From assembly GCF_036365525.1 (NCBI RefSeq), contig NC_090389.1, forward strand, positions 84,594,179 to 84,658,178: DNA of 64,000 nucleotides. Reading direction: 5' to 3'. Position numbers and translations under genes: made by a program. The notes under the pieces are model-generated. The model saw only the letters and a program-made list of their open reading frames with translations, did no database searches and was not told the origin of the DNA. Shown here one piece after another: positions 50,031-63,250 of this stretch (its first letter is position 1; each line of letters opens with the position of its first letter). This stretch comes from Heterodontus francisci. Taxonomy: Eukaryota.

Positions 50031-52007
50031 ACAGTAGAGTTGGCCAGGGAATGTGATGGGGGGGGGGGGGGGGAGGGGTGGGGGGGGGGGGAATGGTGGT
50101 GGGCCTCAGTTTGATATCTCATCTGAAAAACTGCATCTCCAGCAGCGCAGCACTCCCTCCATGCTGCAATGAGCAGTCAGTCTAGATTACAAACTCAATT
50201 GATGGCAGTTAAAGGTTAAGCACAATGCAACATTCAAACATAAGGAAGCATTCAGGACATCAGGAACTGGGCTGCTCCCCTATGAATATTCACACTACAC
50301 TGAAATAACTGTTGACGTTCCATCACTCATCCAGTCCTGCCGGCATGTTGAGCACAGCCAAAAAGAACAAAGAGTGGTCAAGGAACACCTTCCTCATCTG
50401 CTGAAGCAGTGAGCACATCTTGGCACTGCTGAGAGTTGACAGGAAAACTCAATGTCACAATACACCTCCATTTAGGACAGCAAGGGAGACTTGTGGCCTC
50501 AATGTGTCATCTTGGAGATGTGCACCATTTAGGTAACGCCAGAGAAAGGTTTCCCGGGTCACATCTGCCAGGGGTCTGTTGAGTCTGTGAGCTGGATAAG
50601 GACAGCTATTATATTAAGTAAAGCAGCTGAACAACTTCCAAAGAATCTCTCCTCAAGTGATTCTATGGACGTATTATTTTCTTTTTTGTGTCTGTGTGTG
50701 AATGTGTGTGAGTGTGCTTAGACAAGCTCTAACCCAAACAGATTATAGTTCAAGCACTTGAAATTTTATGGTCTCATTTAGATTAATATCTTGTGTTCAT
50801 CACAATATGGCGAACTCAAGTTAAATGTATGCTAGCGTCAGACATTAATCTCAACCAAGCGGAAAATCATTTTCAGTTCTATTATAAAGAATTCCTGAAC
50901 CCTTTATTATCGAAATGCAAGCACAACAATATACTCCCCCAATTCACAGAGGCCATTTCACAACACTGCAGAACACATGCCAAACCTATCTCAACCCAAG
51001 CTCACCTAGCCATTGCATCCCCTAATTTTATCTCATCAGATGACCATAATTAGGGAGTTCTCCCCAGTGTCCTGTGACAATATTTATCCCTCAAGCAACA
51101 TCACTTAACAATAGATCATCACATTGCTGTTTGTGGGATCTTGCTGTGTGTAAACTGACTGCTGCGTTTCCTGCATTACAACAGTGACTACACTTCAAAA
51201 GTACTTCACTGGCTGTAAGCGCTTTGCGATGTCCTGAGGTCATGAAAGACACTGCAGAAATGCAAGTTCCTTCTTTCTTTACTGGCAGTCCAAGCTGCAA
51301 CAGGATATCCTTTTCTCCAGCATCATCAATGCACATTGAAAGATTTGGATATTGGGGACCAAATGCCATAGGTGGTAGAAACAGGTATTTTTGTAACATC
51401 TTAATAAGACTGTGCAAATGTTTCAAAGTGCAGTGGATTGTTATGTGGGCAAATCTGGCAGCCGATCTCAGCCAATAGTCAGATGAATAACCGTTTAATC
51501 TCTTCTTTCCCAGTGCTTGGTTCAGGGAGGAATGCTGATCAGGCCATCAGGAATTCTCTTTAAGTAGTGCCAGGGGATCAACAGGTCGATAGAATCTCAA
51601 CTCAACACCTCATCTGAAGTACAGTGTCTCCGACAATGTGGCCTGCTGTCCTGCACTAGAGAGTGTCGCTCTCGTTCCTACCCTTGAGTCTCAGTGGGGC
51701 ACCTGAACCCACAATCTTCTACAGCACATCCTCCCTGCCCCGCCTCACCAGACTAGATGGTCAAACTTTGAATGCCAGGGTGCCCATCACTCAGTTCATC
51801 CTGCTTCTCATGCAATGGATGCCTGCCCTACTTTTCTGATCCATTCAACAGACAGAAAAAATTTCATGCTGCCAGTTTATGTACTCCGGGCTAAAACTGT
51901 AAGACCAATTTATTACAAAAATGAAATTCACATGAAAGCAAAATACAAACTGATTATTAAATGTACTTGCAAATTGTTCTTCGACTGGAAAATAACAAAG
52001 CATTCCA

Positions 52008-52076
52008 CTACTTAGAGTCTCTTTCCTGATTCTTCAAACGGAGCCCTTGGATGTATTCAGGGAGAATATGCCTTGC
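52008..52076 (-). other. Candidate terminal exon (ARHILPEYIQGLRLKNQERDSK* in phase 0)
   Basis: Acceptor TTTCAAATTTTACAG, stop codon, AATAAA at 51914-51909. Confidence 0.3.
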
Positions 52077-54460
52077 CTGTAAAATTTGAAATGCAGTTCA
52101 ATTGAGTAGAACTCAAGATATACTCCTCATTTCCTTTGAAGTGTACTGCCTTCCACAAAACAATATTGGCCTTTCATGTTGATGTTAATCTTGAGACAAC
52201 GGATATTCCCCCTGATGGATGAAACATCACAGATTATGGTTCTGCTTTTCAGAGTGGCAAAACTGCACACATTGTCTAAGGTACTAAATAAATTATTTTG
52301 GACTGATGGAGTTCTATCTGCAGATCATACTGTGAACAAAGGTTACCTCTTTGAATCTCAATGTCCATTCCAGATGGGTGTGGATTATTTACAATCTTCT
52401 TCGCATCCGTCTCCCTCCATTGAACCATTGGCCAGACTCCCTTCAGCCTCCGCAATCTGGAATTCTCCTGTTAAACCCCTCTTTTTTGAGAGCTCTCCCT
52501 CCTTCAAAAGGCCTCATCAAAACTTACCTTAGACCATGCCTTCAGCCTTCTCCCCGAATTTCTCTTCCATCAATCTGTGCAAAATCTTTCCCAACCAATC
52601 TGCCAAATTAGTCATATCTTATCCAAGAAGGTTCTGGGCTTGTTCGCTACATGGATTCAACTGGTTAAATTGCAGCAGCATCCCTGTCCATGTTGGAAAT
52701 GGGGTGGATTGGAGGGGCTAAGCCATGAATACTATTTAACTGGGTTACCCTTGGCTCAGTGGTTAATGATTTTGTCTGTGAGTCAGATGGTCATAGGTTC
52801 AAGCCCGACTCCTGGACTTAGACTAACAATAACATATTAGTGCAGTACTGAGGGAATGCTGTATTGTTGGAAATATTTTCTTTTCCCCATTATATATAGA
52901 TTTTTGGTCTTGCAGGGAATTAAGGGATATAGGGAGTGGGCGGGAAAATGGAGTTGAAGCCGAAGATCAGCCGTAATGGTATTGAATGGCGGAGCAGTCT
53001 CAATGGGACATATGGTCCACTCCTGCTCCTATTTTTTATGTTCTTATCCTGGCCATTATTTATCTCTCAACCATTATCACCGAGAAAAAGAACAGATTAT
53101 CTGAATTTCATTGCATTGTTGTTTGTGGCTTCTTGCTCTCATGTCAATCTACATTACAAGAATGGCTACACCTCAAAAGTAATTCCCTGGCTGTTAAAGG
53201 GCTTTTGGACATCCTAACAATCTTTCCTTTTGTTCATTCACTCTCTGTGAATAACCTCACCACATTTGCGTAACAGGTGTGTGACTGTCTAGGACTCAGA
53301 CATGTGTACTCCATAATCACACAAACTGAAACTCTAACCATGTGGATATCTCAGAGTTTCAGTTTGGGGATGAGTTTCCGTACAGGTTAGAGACATACCT
53401 GACCAGACAAAGAGTTTAATGGATTCAACCTACAACTAAGAATGTGTCCGACCAGTATAAATCTGAGCAAAATAAAGTTGAAGAAAGATTTTCGGAAAGT
53501 ATGTAGGAACCAATTGATCATTGACAGCCAATGAATTACTTTTGAGGCGTTTCCTGCATTACAATAGTGACTACAATTCAATGGGCAGGGATCGGTTAGC
53601 TAGACGGCTAGAGTATGATGTAGAAAGATACTAACAGTGTGGGTTCAATCCCCATACCAGCTGTGCTAGTTCATAGAGGGCTGCCTCCTTGCCTTGCCCA
53701 TCACTTGAGGAGCAGTTCCTCTCAAGCTATACATCACCAACTGTCTCTCTCTAATGGAGAGAGAAAGATGGCTAGGATCCTTTGGGCTACAGCTAGAACA
53801 ACAACAAACACTTCAATAGTATTCCATTGGCTGTAAAGCACTTTGTGAAGTTCTGAGGTTGTGAAGGGCACTATGGAAATGCATCTTTTTTTATTTTCAG
53901 AGGATAGTTTTTCGTTAATGTAAAATGAATAGAAATCTGCGTTTGCCAATGAAAATATTGCCTTGCTGTTGAGATGAACAATACTTTCCTCAACATCCAG
54001 CAGTCAGCTTCAAGAAAAGCCTCTGTAATTGCACTGGTGCATTAAGTCTTGTACCTAAACCATGCTCTTCTCTAATAGCACTTACACTCTGCAATGAAGA
54101 AAATTATTGTTCCCTGTGCTTTGTGCGGACCAGGAAATGTCACTGAAGGACACACTAGCAAAAGAAAAATCCTTTGATCATTCTCTGCAAAAAGCTTTGG
54201 TTTGAAAGCAAAGTTGTTGCCTGTGCTCACAAAACCACCCCCTCCCCTCCGTTCCCAGTTTTCTCCCTGCCATGTAGACTCCCGTTCGATAGGTATGCTG
54301 CTCTCCAATGCACAATAACCCATCGTTAAGCATGAGCGGAGCCAGTCACGCCAAGGCATTAAGCATTGGGGTGGCTAACCTATGATTTCCCCAACCCTTT
54401 CAGTTTAAAATGGTGGAGCCAGTGAGCACAGAAGTGGAAGGACCAACATCCCATCTCCCA

Positions 54461-54563
54461 GCCCACCACCCTGCCCCCGCCCCCACCACCCCAGCCCCCG
54501 CCCCCACCACCCCAGCCCCCGCACCCACCACCCAGCCCCAGCCCCCGCCCCCACCCCCGCACC
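54461..54563. repeat. C-rich ~21-bp imperfect tandem repeat
   Basis: CCCCCGCCCCCACCACCCCAG about 4 times. Confidence 0.85.
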
Positions 54564-55295
54564 ATACCCTAGCCAGGTTAGTTGGATTGTAATCCCAAGT
54601 ATAGAAGATGGCAGGGCGATGAAATGAAGGTGCATAAGTAAAGCAATAAAAGGGTTGGGTAAGGTAGCTGAAGAGAATCTATATCGTCTTGTGAGGCGAG
54701 CCAGAATAAGGCAGCATAATTTTAAAATAAGAGCTAGGCCATTCAGAACTGAAGTCAAGATGCTCTTTTTCCACACAGAGGGTGGTGGAAATCCGGAACT
54801 CGCTCCCACAAAAGGCTGTGGTTACTGGGAGAAAACTGGATAGATTTTTGTTAGGTGAGGACTCCAAGGGATATGGAGCTAAAGCGGGAAATTGGTGTCA
54901 AAGCACAGATCAGTGATGGTCTAATTGAATGGTGGAGTAGACTTGAGGGGCTGAATGGCCTACATCTGTTTCTGTGTTCCCATGTGTCTTGGGCTATCCA
55001 ACTGCGGGGAGCAACACAGCCAAGCCCATTCTTGTTCACTCAATATCTGTGCACACTCACTTTCAGCAGGGGATGTTAGATAGTGATCGGAAGTGCAACA
55101 CCTGGATAATTTCATCCTACATAAACCAGGAAAGCCTGCTGTAGTGCCTCTTACAGCCAACACAGAACAGTCCAGGATTTGGGTCTGGACCATCCTTCCC
55201 TATAAGGTTTGCTACCTACTGGAGTAACTAAGTGACCTTTAAAGCTATGGCAACAGCCATGGCTCAGTTGCTGGCACATTTTCCTCTGAGTCTCA

Positions 55296-56642
55296 AGGCA
55301 ACTAATATTGAATCAGGGACAGGACTCACCAAAATTAACATAAGCAAAATAAGAGTAATGAAGAAAATACTGGCACTAAAGACGGACAAATCTCCAGGGC
55401 CAGATGGTTTCCCAACCCAGGTTTTTTAAGGAGATAGGCGAGAATATTGCAGATGCTCAACTATAATCTCCCAAAGTTCTCTCAATTCAGGAACTATTCC
55501 TTTAAATTAAAAAATTGTACATGTCACTCCACTATTTAACAAAGATAAGTGAGGGAAACCAGGAAATTATAGAACCAGTAAGCCCAACATCTGTTGTTAG
55601 AAATTTACTAGAGTCTATAATTAAGGACAGAGTGACTGAACACCTTGAAAAATGTGCAGCTGATCAGAGAGAGCCAGCGTGGATTTGTAAAGGGCCGGTC
55701 ATGCCTAATGCACTGATTGAGTTTTTTGAAGAAGCGGCTAAAGTAGTGGACAGCGGAATGTCTGTGGATGTTATTTTTATGGACTTCCAGACGGCATTTG
55801 ATAAAGTGCCTCATCAGAGAATGTTAGCTAAAGTTGAATCTCATAGAATTTAAGGCAATTAATTAACCTGGTTAGGAAATTGACTGAGCAGAAGGAGACA
55901 GAGTGTAGGGACAATGGGCAGGCACTCGAATTGTCAGGATGTGACTATTGGTGTCCCACTAGGATCTGTGTTGGGGCCTGAACTAATCGCTGCATTTATT
56001 AACAACTTAGATGATGGGAAAGAAAGCCACATTTCCAAGTTTGCTGATGAAACAAAGACAAGGGTCATTGTAAGCAGTGTAGTTGGACGCATAAAATTAC
56101 AAAGGTATATTGATGTATTAAGTGAATGGGCAAAACTGCAGCAAATGGATTTTAATGTAGGCGAATGTGAGGTCATTCACTTTGCAGCAAAAAAGGTTAA
56201 AATGCAGTTAAATTACGAGGACAGAAAACACAAACTAACATTGTATTCCCTGGAATTTAGATGGTTAAGGGGTGATTCGATCAAAGTGTTCAAGATATTA
56301 ACGGGAACAGATATAGGGAAACTATCTCCACTGGTTGGGAGTCTAGTACTGGGAGTATAATCCAAAAATTAGAGCCAGACCTTTCAGGAGTGAAATTAAG
56401 AAACACTTCGACGTGCAAAGGGTGATAGATATTTGGAACTCTCTTTCACAAATTGCAATTGATGCTGTATCAATTGTTAATTTTAAATCTGAGATTGATA
56501 ACTTTTTATTATACAAAGGTATTAACTTATGTGGAGCAAAATTGGGTATATGGAGATAGGTTGCAGATCCGCCATGATCTCATTGAATGGTGGAACAGGC
56601 TCAATGGGCTAAATGACCTAATCCTGTTCCTATGTTCCCACA
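55296..56642 (+). mobile_element. CR1 fragment inserted in the tRNA-like head of a Deu SINE (~55250-55292 and 56643-57030)
   Basis: KSPGPDG, DFQTAFDKV, KFADETK motifs; CTGAGTC | GTCAGAAGGTTGTGGGTTC junction. Confidence 0.85.
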
Positions 56643-57369
56643 TGTCAGAAGGTTGTGGGTTCAAGGCCCATTCCAGAGACTTGAGTATTAACATCTAGGC
56701 GAACACTCACAATGCAGTACTAAGGGAGTGCTGCCCTATCGAGATACCGCAGTTCAGTTGAGACGTTAAACAGAGGCCCCATCTGCTCTCTCAGGTGGGC
56801 ATAAGAGATCCCATAGCACTATTTTGGAGAAGTGCAGGGGAGTAATCCACAGTGTTCTGGCCAATATTTATCCCTCAATCAACATGATTTAAAGAAAAAT
56901 TGATCACAAGGTCACTATCACAATGCTATTTGTGGGCGCTTGCTGTGTGCAAAAATGGCTGCCACATTTTCTACATTACAGTAGTAATTAAAGTACATCA
57001 TAGGTTGTAAAGCACTTTGGGATGTCTTTATTAATGAAGACCTCAAGCTGAGAAGGTTCTTTGCACCTGTGCACCCTGCCTGCAAACATGTCATGTGTTG
57101 TGTATCAACCTTGGGTCGTTTAGCTGCTTAAAGTCTGGAGTGCCGCCTGTCTTCTTCATATAATTACCCAGCAGTAAAGAAGGAGAAACCGTGCATAGCC
57201 ATATAATTGCCTAGGTGTTAATGAGAGGTGCGTAATTGCAACAGATTTTTGTGCATCTGTGACCAATTTAGTAAGAGACAAAGCCTAAACTGTAGTAGTT
57301 AGACAATGGCACACAACCCTTCTCCTTAAGCAACCTGGGAATTTGCTTACAAATATATTTAAAACTTGT

Positions 57370-59200
57370 TAAAAAGCATACGGGTTTCTTGGCTTTCTAC
57401 ACAGAGGTCCCCAGTATAAATACAAGGAAGTTATGCTAAACCCTCATAAGAAAACTGGTTAGGCCCCAGCTGGAGTATTGTGTTCCACATATCAGGAAGG
57501 CTTTGGAGAGGGTGCCGGGGAGATTTATCAAAATGGTGCCAGGGATGAGGGACTTCAGTTATGTGGAGTGACTGGAGAAGCTGAGGTTGTTCTCCTTAGA
57601 GCAGAGAAGGTTAACAGATTCAAAATCATGAAGGGTTCTGATAGAGTAACTACAGAAGAACTGTTTCAACTGGCAGGAGGGTCAGTAACCACAGGACACA
57701 GAATTAAGACAATTGGCAGAAGAATCAGAGGTGAGTTGAGGTGAATTTTTTTTTGTGCGAGTTGTTATGATCTGGAACACGCTGCCTGAAAGGGCGGTGG
57801 AAGCAGATTCAACAGTAACTTTCAAGAGGAAATTGAATAAAATACTCGTACGCAAAAATTGCACAGCTGGGGGAAGGGCAGGGGAGTGGGACAAATTGAA
57901 TCACTCTTTCAAAGAGCTGGCACAGGTATGATGGACTGAAATAATCGTACAACAGAGGAAGAGTTCAATGATTATAGTCTTCAAAACCAGAAGCAGCAAT
58001 GCGACCCCAGGGAAGATTAAGCCAAACTGCCTCGGCCTTGCGTTTCAAATGTCTTTTTGTCCTTAGTATCATTACCATCTTCTAGCAACACCAGTTCATA
58101 CTCTCCTAACTGACAATGTCACTTCTTTGATTTGCCCATCTGGCTGTCTATCTTCTTCTTCTTCTAAGGCAGTCCCTCAGGAACGAGGATGACTTTCTTC
58201 CACTGCAGGGTTGTGGGTCCTTAGGTGACTGAATAGTCCAATTCTGGATCTTCACACTCTGCCACAGGTGGGGGAGGTGGTGTTTGGTGAGGCAAGTTTT
58301 ACCATGTTAAAAGCACAATATAAATGAAAGTTGTTGTTGCTGATGCTCAGCTCCACCCCTTAGCAATGTGACGGAGATCAGGAACTCAGGCTTAGTGGGG
58401 AAACCAAGACTCCCAACTCACCAATCTGTAGCACCTTCTTACAAACGAGGAGCCAGCAATAGGAGTCAAATAAATGCTGGCTCACTCATCACCAAGGCAG
58501 CATCCTCTTCACTTAAACACTTTGTTTTTAAATTAGCAAGTTGTTATGATCTGGAATGCAGTGCTTGAAAAAGCAGTGGAAACAGATTCAATAGTACTTT
58601 CAAATGAGAATTGGATATATACTTGAAAAGGAGAAATTTGCAGAGTCTTGGAGGAAGAGTAGCGGAGTGGGACCAATTGGATAGCTCTTTCAAAGAGCCA
58701 GCATAAGCACGATGGGCCAAATGGCTTGATTTCGCAAGCTCTGGAATTCGCTCCCTAAATTTCTCCACCTTACCATCTCTCCTTCCTCGTTTAAGAGTCC
58801 TTAAGGCCTACCTCTTTCTCCAGCCTTTTAGTCACCCCTCCTGCTATCTCCTTCTTAGTCTCAGTCTCTGTGAAACACCTTGGGACATTTTACTCTCTTG
58901 ATGATGCTACATAAATTCAAGTTGTTGTTGTATGAAGTGTGGCTACTTGGACATCAGCCAAGGATAAAGAGAAATCAAGAACAAAAGGGCATCATCTTAA
59001 AATCAGGAGCGAAATCAGGAAGCACAATTTCACTCAGAAGATAAAAGAAAACTGAAACTCTCTCTCGAAATGCTTTGGATATTGGGGGTCAAGACTAAGA
59101 TCAATAGATTTTTGTTGGGAAAGGGCATCTAAGGATATGGAGTCATGATCTAATTGAATGGTGCAGCAGGCTCGAGGGGGGTTGAATGGCTTACCCCTGA
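57370..59200. mobile_element. Several degenerate CR1, L2 and RTE-tail fragments
   Basis: CR1 3' motifs at ~57370-57940, 58540-58725, 58970-59200; L2 tail ~58735-58930; GAA-tailed end ~58150-58290. Confidence 0.7.
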
Positions 59201-59281
59201 TCCGAATGATCCTAAAACCCGCACACAGAAGAAAATTGTCTACTGAAGTGTTTGGGTTCACCTCTCTTACGGTGAAAACAG

Positions 59282-59494
59282 AGAGAACCACCTTGTTCCA
59301 ATCCAAAGCGCTACCTGATCACCCAGAGGCCGAGACAAAACATCAACAGATTGGACAGGAAGCTATCTGAGAGCCAGATGGACAGAGATACAAGCTCAAG
59401 ATGTCCAAAACCCCAGGAGCCTGTTGAGTCAGTGAACAGTGTTGCAGTGGTTGCTCAGTCCCCAGTTACTGACAACTCCTTCCGATGTGTCTAA
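59282..59494 (+). other. Candidate terminal coding exon (70 aa ending ..TDNSFRCV*)
   Basis: CAG acceptor at 59279-59281 with a weak pyrimidine tract, 70 open codons in unique DNA, AATAAA at 59784. Confidence 0.25.
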
Positions 59495-61629
59495 TTGAAT
59501 GCGACACCCAATTGCGGGCAGTCTAACCCCTCACACTAGCACACTAGCCCACTGCTGCTTCTGTTGCATATAAATATCAGGCACATCTTCTTTGGGCCGA
59601 GAATAATTAGCAGCAGCGACTGAATTAAAAGCTAATCACAGAGGACAAATCAATTTAAAAATGGTGATGGAGAGGATCAAAAGCTTTTAGAATATCAACT
59701 GAGCATTTGTATTAAAACTTCTGAATCACTCCTCATTAGCAGTTAATTATTATGAAATATGCTGCGATTTGTTTTATTAATGTAATAAAGTTTGAAATTA
59801 TGGAGTACTATATCTGGAGTATTGTGTGCCTTCCTGGGCGGGCACATTCATTTTCAATTTACCCCCCTTCAAGCGTAGGCCACATGTTCTCGTTCTACTG
59901 TTTATGTTTGTGCTCAGGATATGGCTTCGCTGGCAAGGCTGGCGTTTATTGCCCATCCCTAGTTGCCCTGAGATGGTGGTGTAGGGCCTTTTGCTGGAAC
60001 CACTGCAGTCCCTGTGCTGATGGTGCTCCCACAATGGTGTTAGGTAGGGAATTTTGACTCAGCAACATTGAATGAACATCAAGCTGTACCAAAGGCAGAA
60101 TAGTGCCCAACTTGAGCGCAACCTGGATAAAGCAATGGTCCCTCGACATTGCTGCTCTTGTCCTTCTCGGTGATAAAGATCACAAGGGGAGGGAGGTGTT
60201 GATTTTCTTCATTACACCATTAACAGCTATGGTTTCAGCCACCTAAGCTCTGGAACTCTCTTCCCTCAATCTCTCTCCTCCTTAAAACCTACCTCTTTGG
60301 CCAAATGTGCAGTCACCTGAGCTGTTACCTCTTCACATGACTCGGAGTCAGATTTTGTCTGTTTACACTCCAATGAAGTGCCTTGGCACATTTTATGCGT
60401 TAAAAGTGCTATATAAGTGGATGCTGGTGTTGCTGTGGAGCAGTGCAAAGTTAGCGACAGCGAATCTGCTGCCCCCTCCTTACACTGCGCCACATTTCCA
60501 TTTCTGCTGACTTCAATGATGGAGGTGGGGGTGGACACTGAAGCCAGTGATGGGGGTCACCAACCAAACTCTGCCCTGGCTTCAAGGGGTCAGGAGGTGA
60601 GGCAATCATCAGCAACTTCCCAGCCTCTGGCCTGCACTTGTAGCCATGGAAATATTAATGCACCTAGAATGCAGCACAGTCCATAATGGGTATTGTGGAG
60701 AATAAAAGCTTGCTACATATAGTTCAGAAAGCTTTGTGTGAAGAAATTTCACACAGCACGGTCTGTCCTGACCAAGTTCTACCGACAACCTGCACATCAG
60801 CTCCGACCTCCAACTCAGACAGACTTTCCTCAACTTTTCTGATTGCATCAGATGATAGCACTCTTGCCTCTACAGACAAGGCCCATTCCAAGCACACAAT
60901 CCAGGCTGCCCTTTCACAGCAGTACTGAGGGGGTGCTGTATTGTCAGAGGTGCCATCCTTCGACTGAATGAGATGTTAAACTGAGGTTCCAACCGCTTAA
61001 TCCCATTATTTGGAGAGGAGCATGAGAGTTCTCCCGATGTCCTGGCTAACATTATCCCAAAACCAACATCATTAACTGTTGATCCATCTCAATGCTGTTT
61101 GTGGGATCTTGCTGAACAGCTGCTGCATCTGGCTATGCAGTGCACAAGTCACTCCATTTAAAAATAGGTCATTGTACAGTAAACACTTTGTAATGTTTCT
61201 GTCAGGACATAATAGGAACGTAAGTCTGTCTCTTTTTCTCCATTCTTGCCTCCAGTTTGAGTCCTTGATTAGAACATGCCAGATATAAACATGAACATGC
61301 AAGTGTCAGATATAAAACATGGACTGGTTTATGCCACTACAGATATTAACCTGCTCCTTGAGGTGGTTGCCAAACATCCATGCCTTTGGATAGTTGCAAA
61401 TGGTTTTGGTGGTTAATCGGTCACCAACAAAGCCCACAATCCCTTTCGCTGATCTATCACTGTGATGTCGCTTTCTCAACTGGATTATGTAAGGTAATCA
61501 AGACCTGCAGCAAAGGAGCTGAAGGGGTTACTAGCAGAATTTCATCTTAATATTTTCCATTAGTTATTATGTTCTATTCTGGAATGCCAGGCAGTGAAGG
61601 ATGGAACTGGAGGCTAATCTTTTACACAT

Positions 61630-61973
61630 TTTAGAGATACAGCACTGAAACAGGCCCTTCGGCCCACCGAGTCTGTGCCGACCATCAACCACCCATTTAT
61701 ACTAATCCTACACTAATCCCATATTCCTACCACATCCCCACCTGTCCCTATATTTCCCTACCAGCTACCTATACTCGTGGCAATTTATAATGGCCAATTT
61801 ACCTACCAACCTGCAAGTCTTTTGGCTTGTGGGAGGAAACCAGAGCATCCGGAGAAAACCCACGCAGACACAGGGAGAACTTGCAAACTCCACACAGGCA
61901 ATACCCAGAATTGAACCCGGGTCGCTGGAGCTGTGAGGCTGCGGTGCTAACCACTGCGCCACTGTGCCGCCCC
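61630..61973 (-). mobile_element. HE1-type V-SINE, followed by a CR1 3' fragment (+, ~61980-62320)
   Basis: Near-identical to 26640-26997. Confidence 0.93.
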
Positions 61974-62802
61974 AAGAGAGAGAGAGGTTTACAAAGTTAT
62001 GAGTGGCATGGACAGAGTGGATAGTCAGAAGCTTTTTCCCAGGGTGGAAGAGTCAGTTACTAGGGGACATAGGCTTAAGGTGCGAGGGGCAAAGTTTAGA
62101 GGGGAGGTGTGAGGCAAGTTCTTTACACAGAGGGTGGTGAGTGGTGGAAGCAGGTACGATGGCGACGTTTAAGAGGCATCTTGACAAATACATGAATAGG
62201 ATGGGAATAGAGGGATATGGACCCCGAAAGTGCAGAAGATTTCAGTTTAGACAGGCATCAAGATCGGCGCAGGCTTGGAGGGCCGAATGGCCTGTTCCTG
62301 TGCTGTACTGTTCTTTGTTTTTTGAAGTTCCTCATCTCTGGAACCATTCTCGTGAAACTTTTCAGCACCCTCTCTAATGCCTTGTAAGCTTTTATTTACA
62401 GAGATAGACATTACAAACATGCACCTCCAAATCCAACAACCAAAGTTTCAGTCTGATCCTATATATAGAGCACAAGTGAATCCCCAGTTAATGCAAACCA
62501 GCTGTGTACAATTATTCAATTACTATACAATTAACAACGTACGCATGGGGGGTTAAAATTATCTGTGCCGCCCTCTAAAATCTCCAGCATTGACCCTGCA
62601 GGCATTGACTTATGTTGGTGTGTGGATCTAAGGACATGATCCCCTGGTGCTCCATTCAACATGGTTCTCCCTCAAGTATCAGCCTTGGCAGTGAGTGTCA
62701 ACCAGGCATTTTTTTGCTTTTATGGGGTACGTGAGGCGACGTTTAGATTGGTTTTCTTTTTATAAAACATTCTGATTGTCCAGATGGTCTTTTACAACCT
62801 TG

Positions 62803-63250
62803 TCAGTCATGGCTCAGTGGGTAGTACTCTCACCTTCTGAGTCAGAAGGTTGTGGGTTCAAGACCTATTCCAGAAACTTGAGCACAAGAATCTAGACTGA
62901 CACTCCAGTGCGGTACTGAGAGAGTGCTGCACTGTCAGAGATGCCATCTTTAGGATGAGTTATTAAACTCAAGCTCTTGCCTGCCCTCTCAGGCGAACAT
63001 GAACAATCTCACGGCACTATGTCGAAGAGGAGCAGGTGGGTTTTCTCCAGTGGCCTGGCCAATATTTATCCCTCAACCAGCCTCATTAAAACAGACTATC
63101 CTGTCAGTATGGCATTGCTGTTTGTGGGAGCTTGCTGTGCATTTCCTACATTATAACATTGACTACGCATCTGAAAGAACTTAGTTGGCTTTAAAGGGGG
63201 TTAGGACTTCCCGAGGTGAAAGGCACTATATAAATGCAAGAACTTTCTTT
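62803..63250 (+). mobile_element. Near full-length Deu-domain SINE, followed by a CR1 tail (-, ~63250-63470)
   Basis: tRNA-like head TGGCTCAGTGG..GGTTCAAG, Deu core, tail TATATAAATGCAAG. Confidence 0.88.

Noticed and set aside
50058-50092. Long poly-G tract
   Set aside because: Simple repeat between decayed elements; homopolymer length unreliable
54380-54809. Mucin-like PAPAPTT and Gly-Trp-rich ORFs
   Set aside because: Translations of a C-rich tandem repeat, open on both strands only because of low complexity
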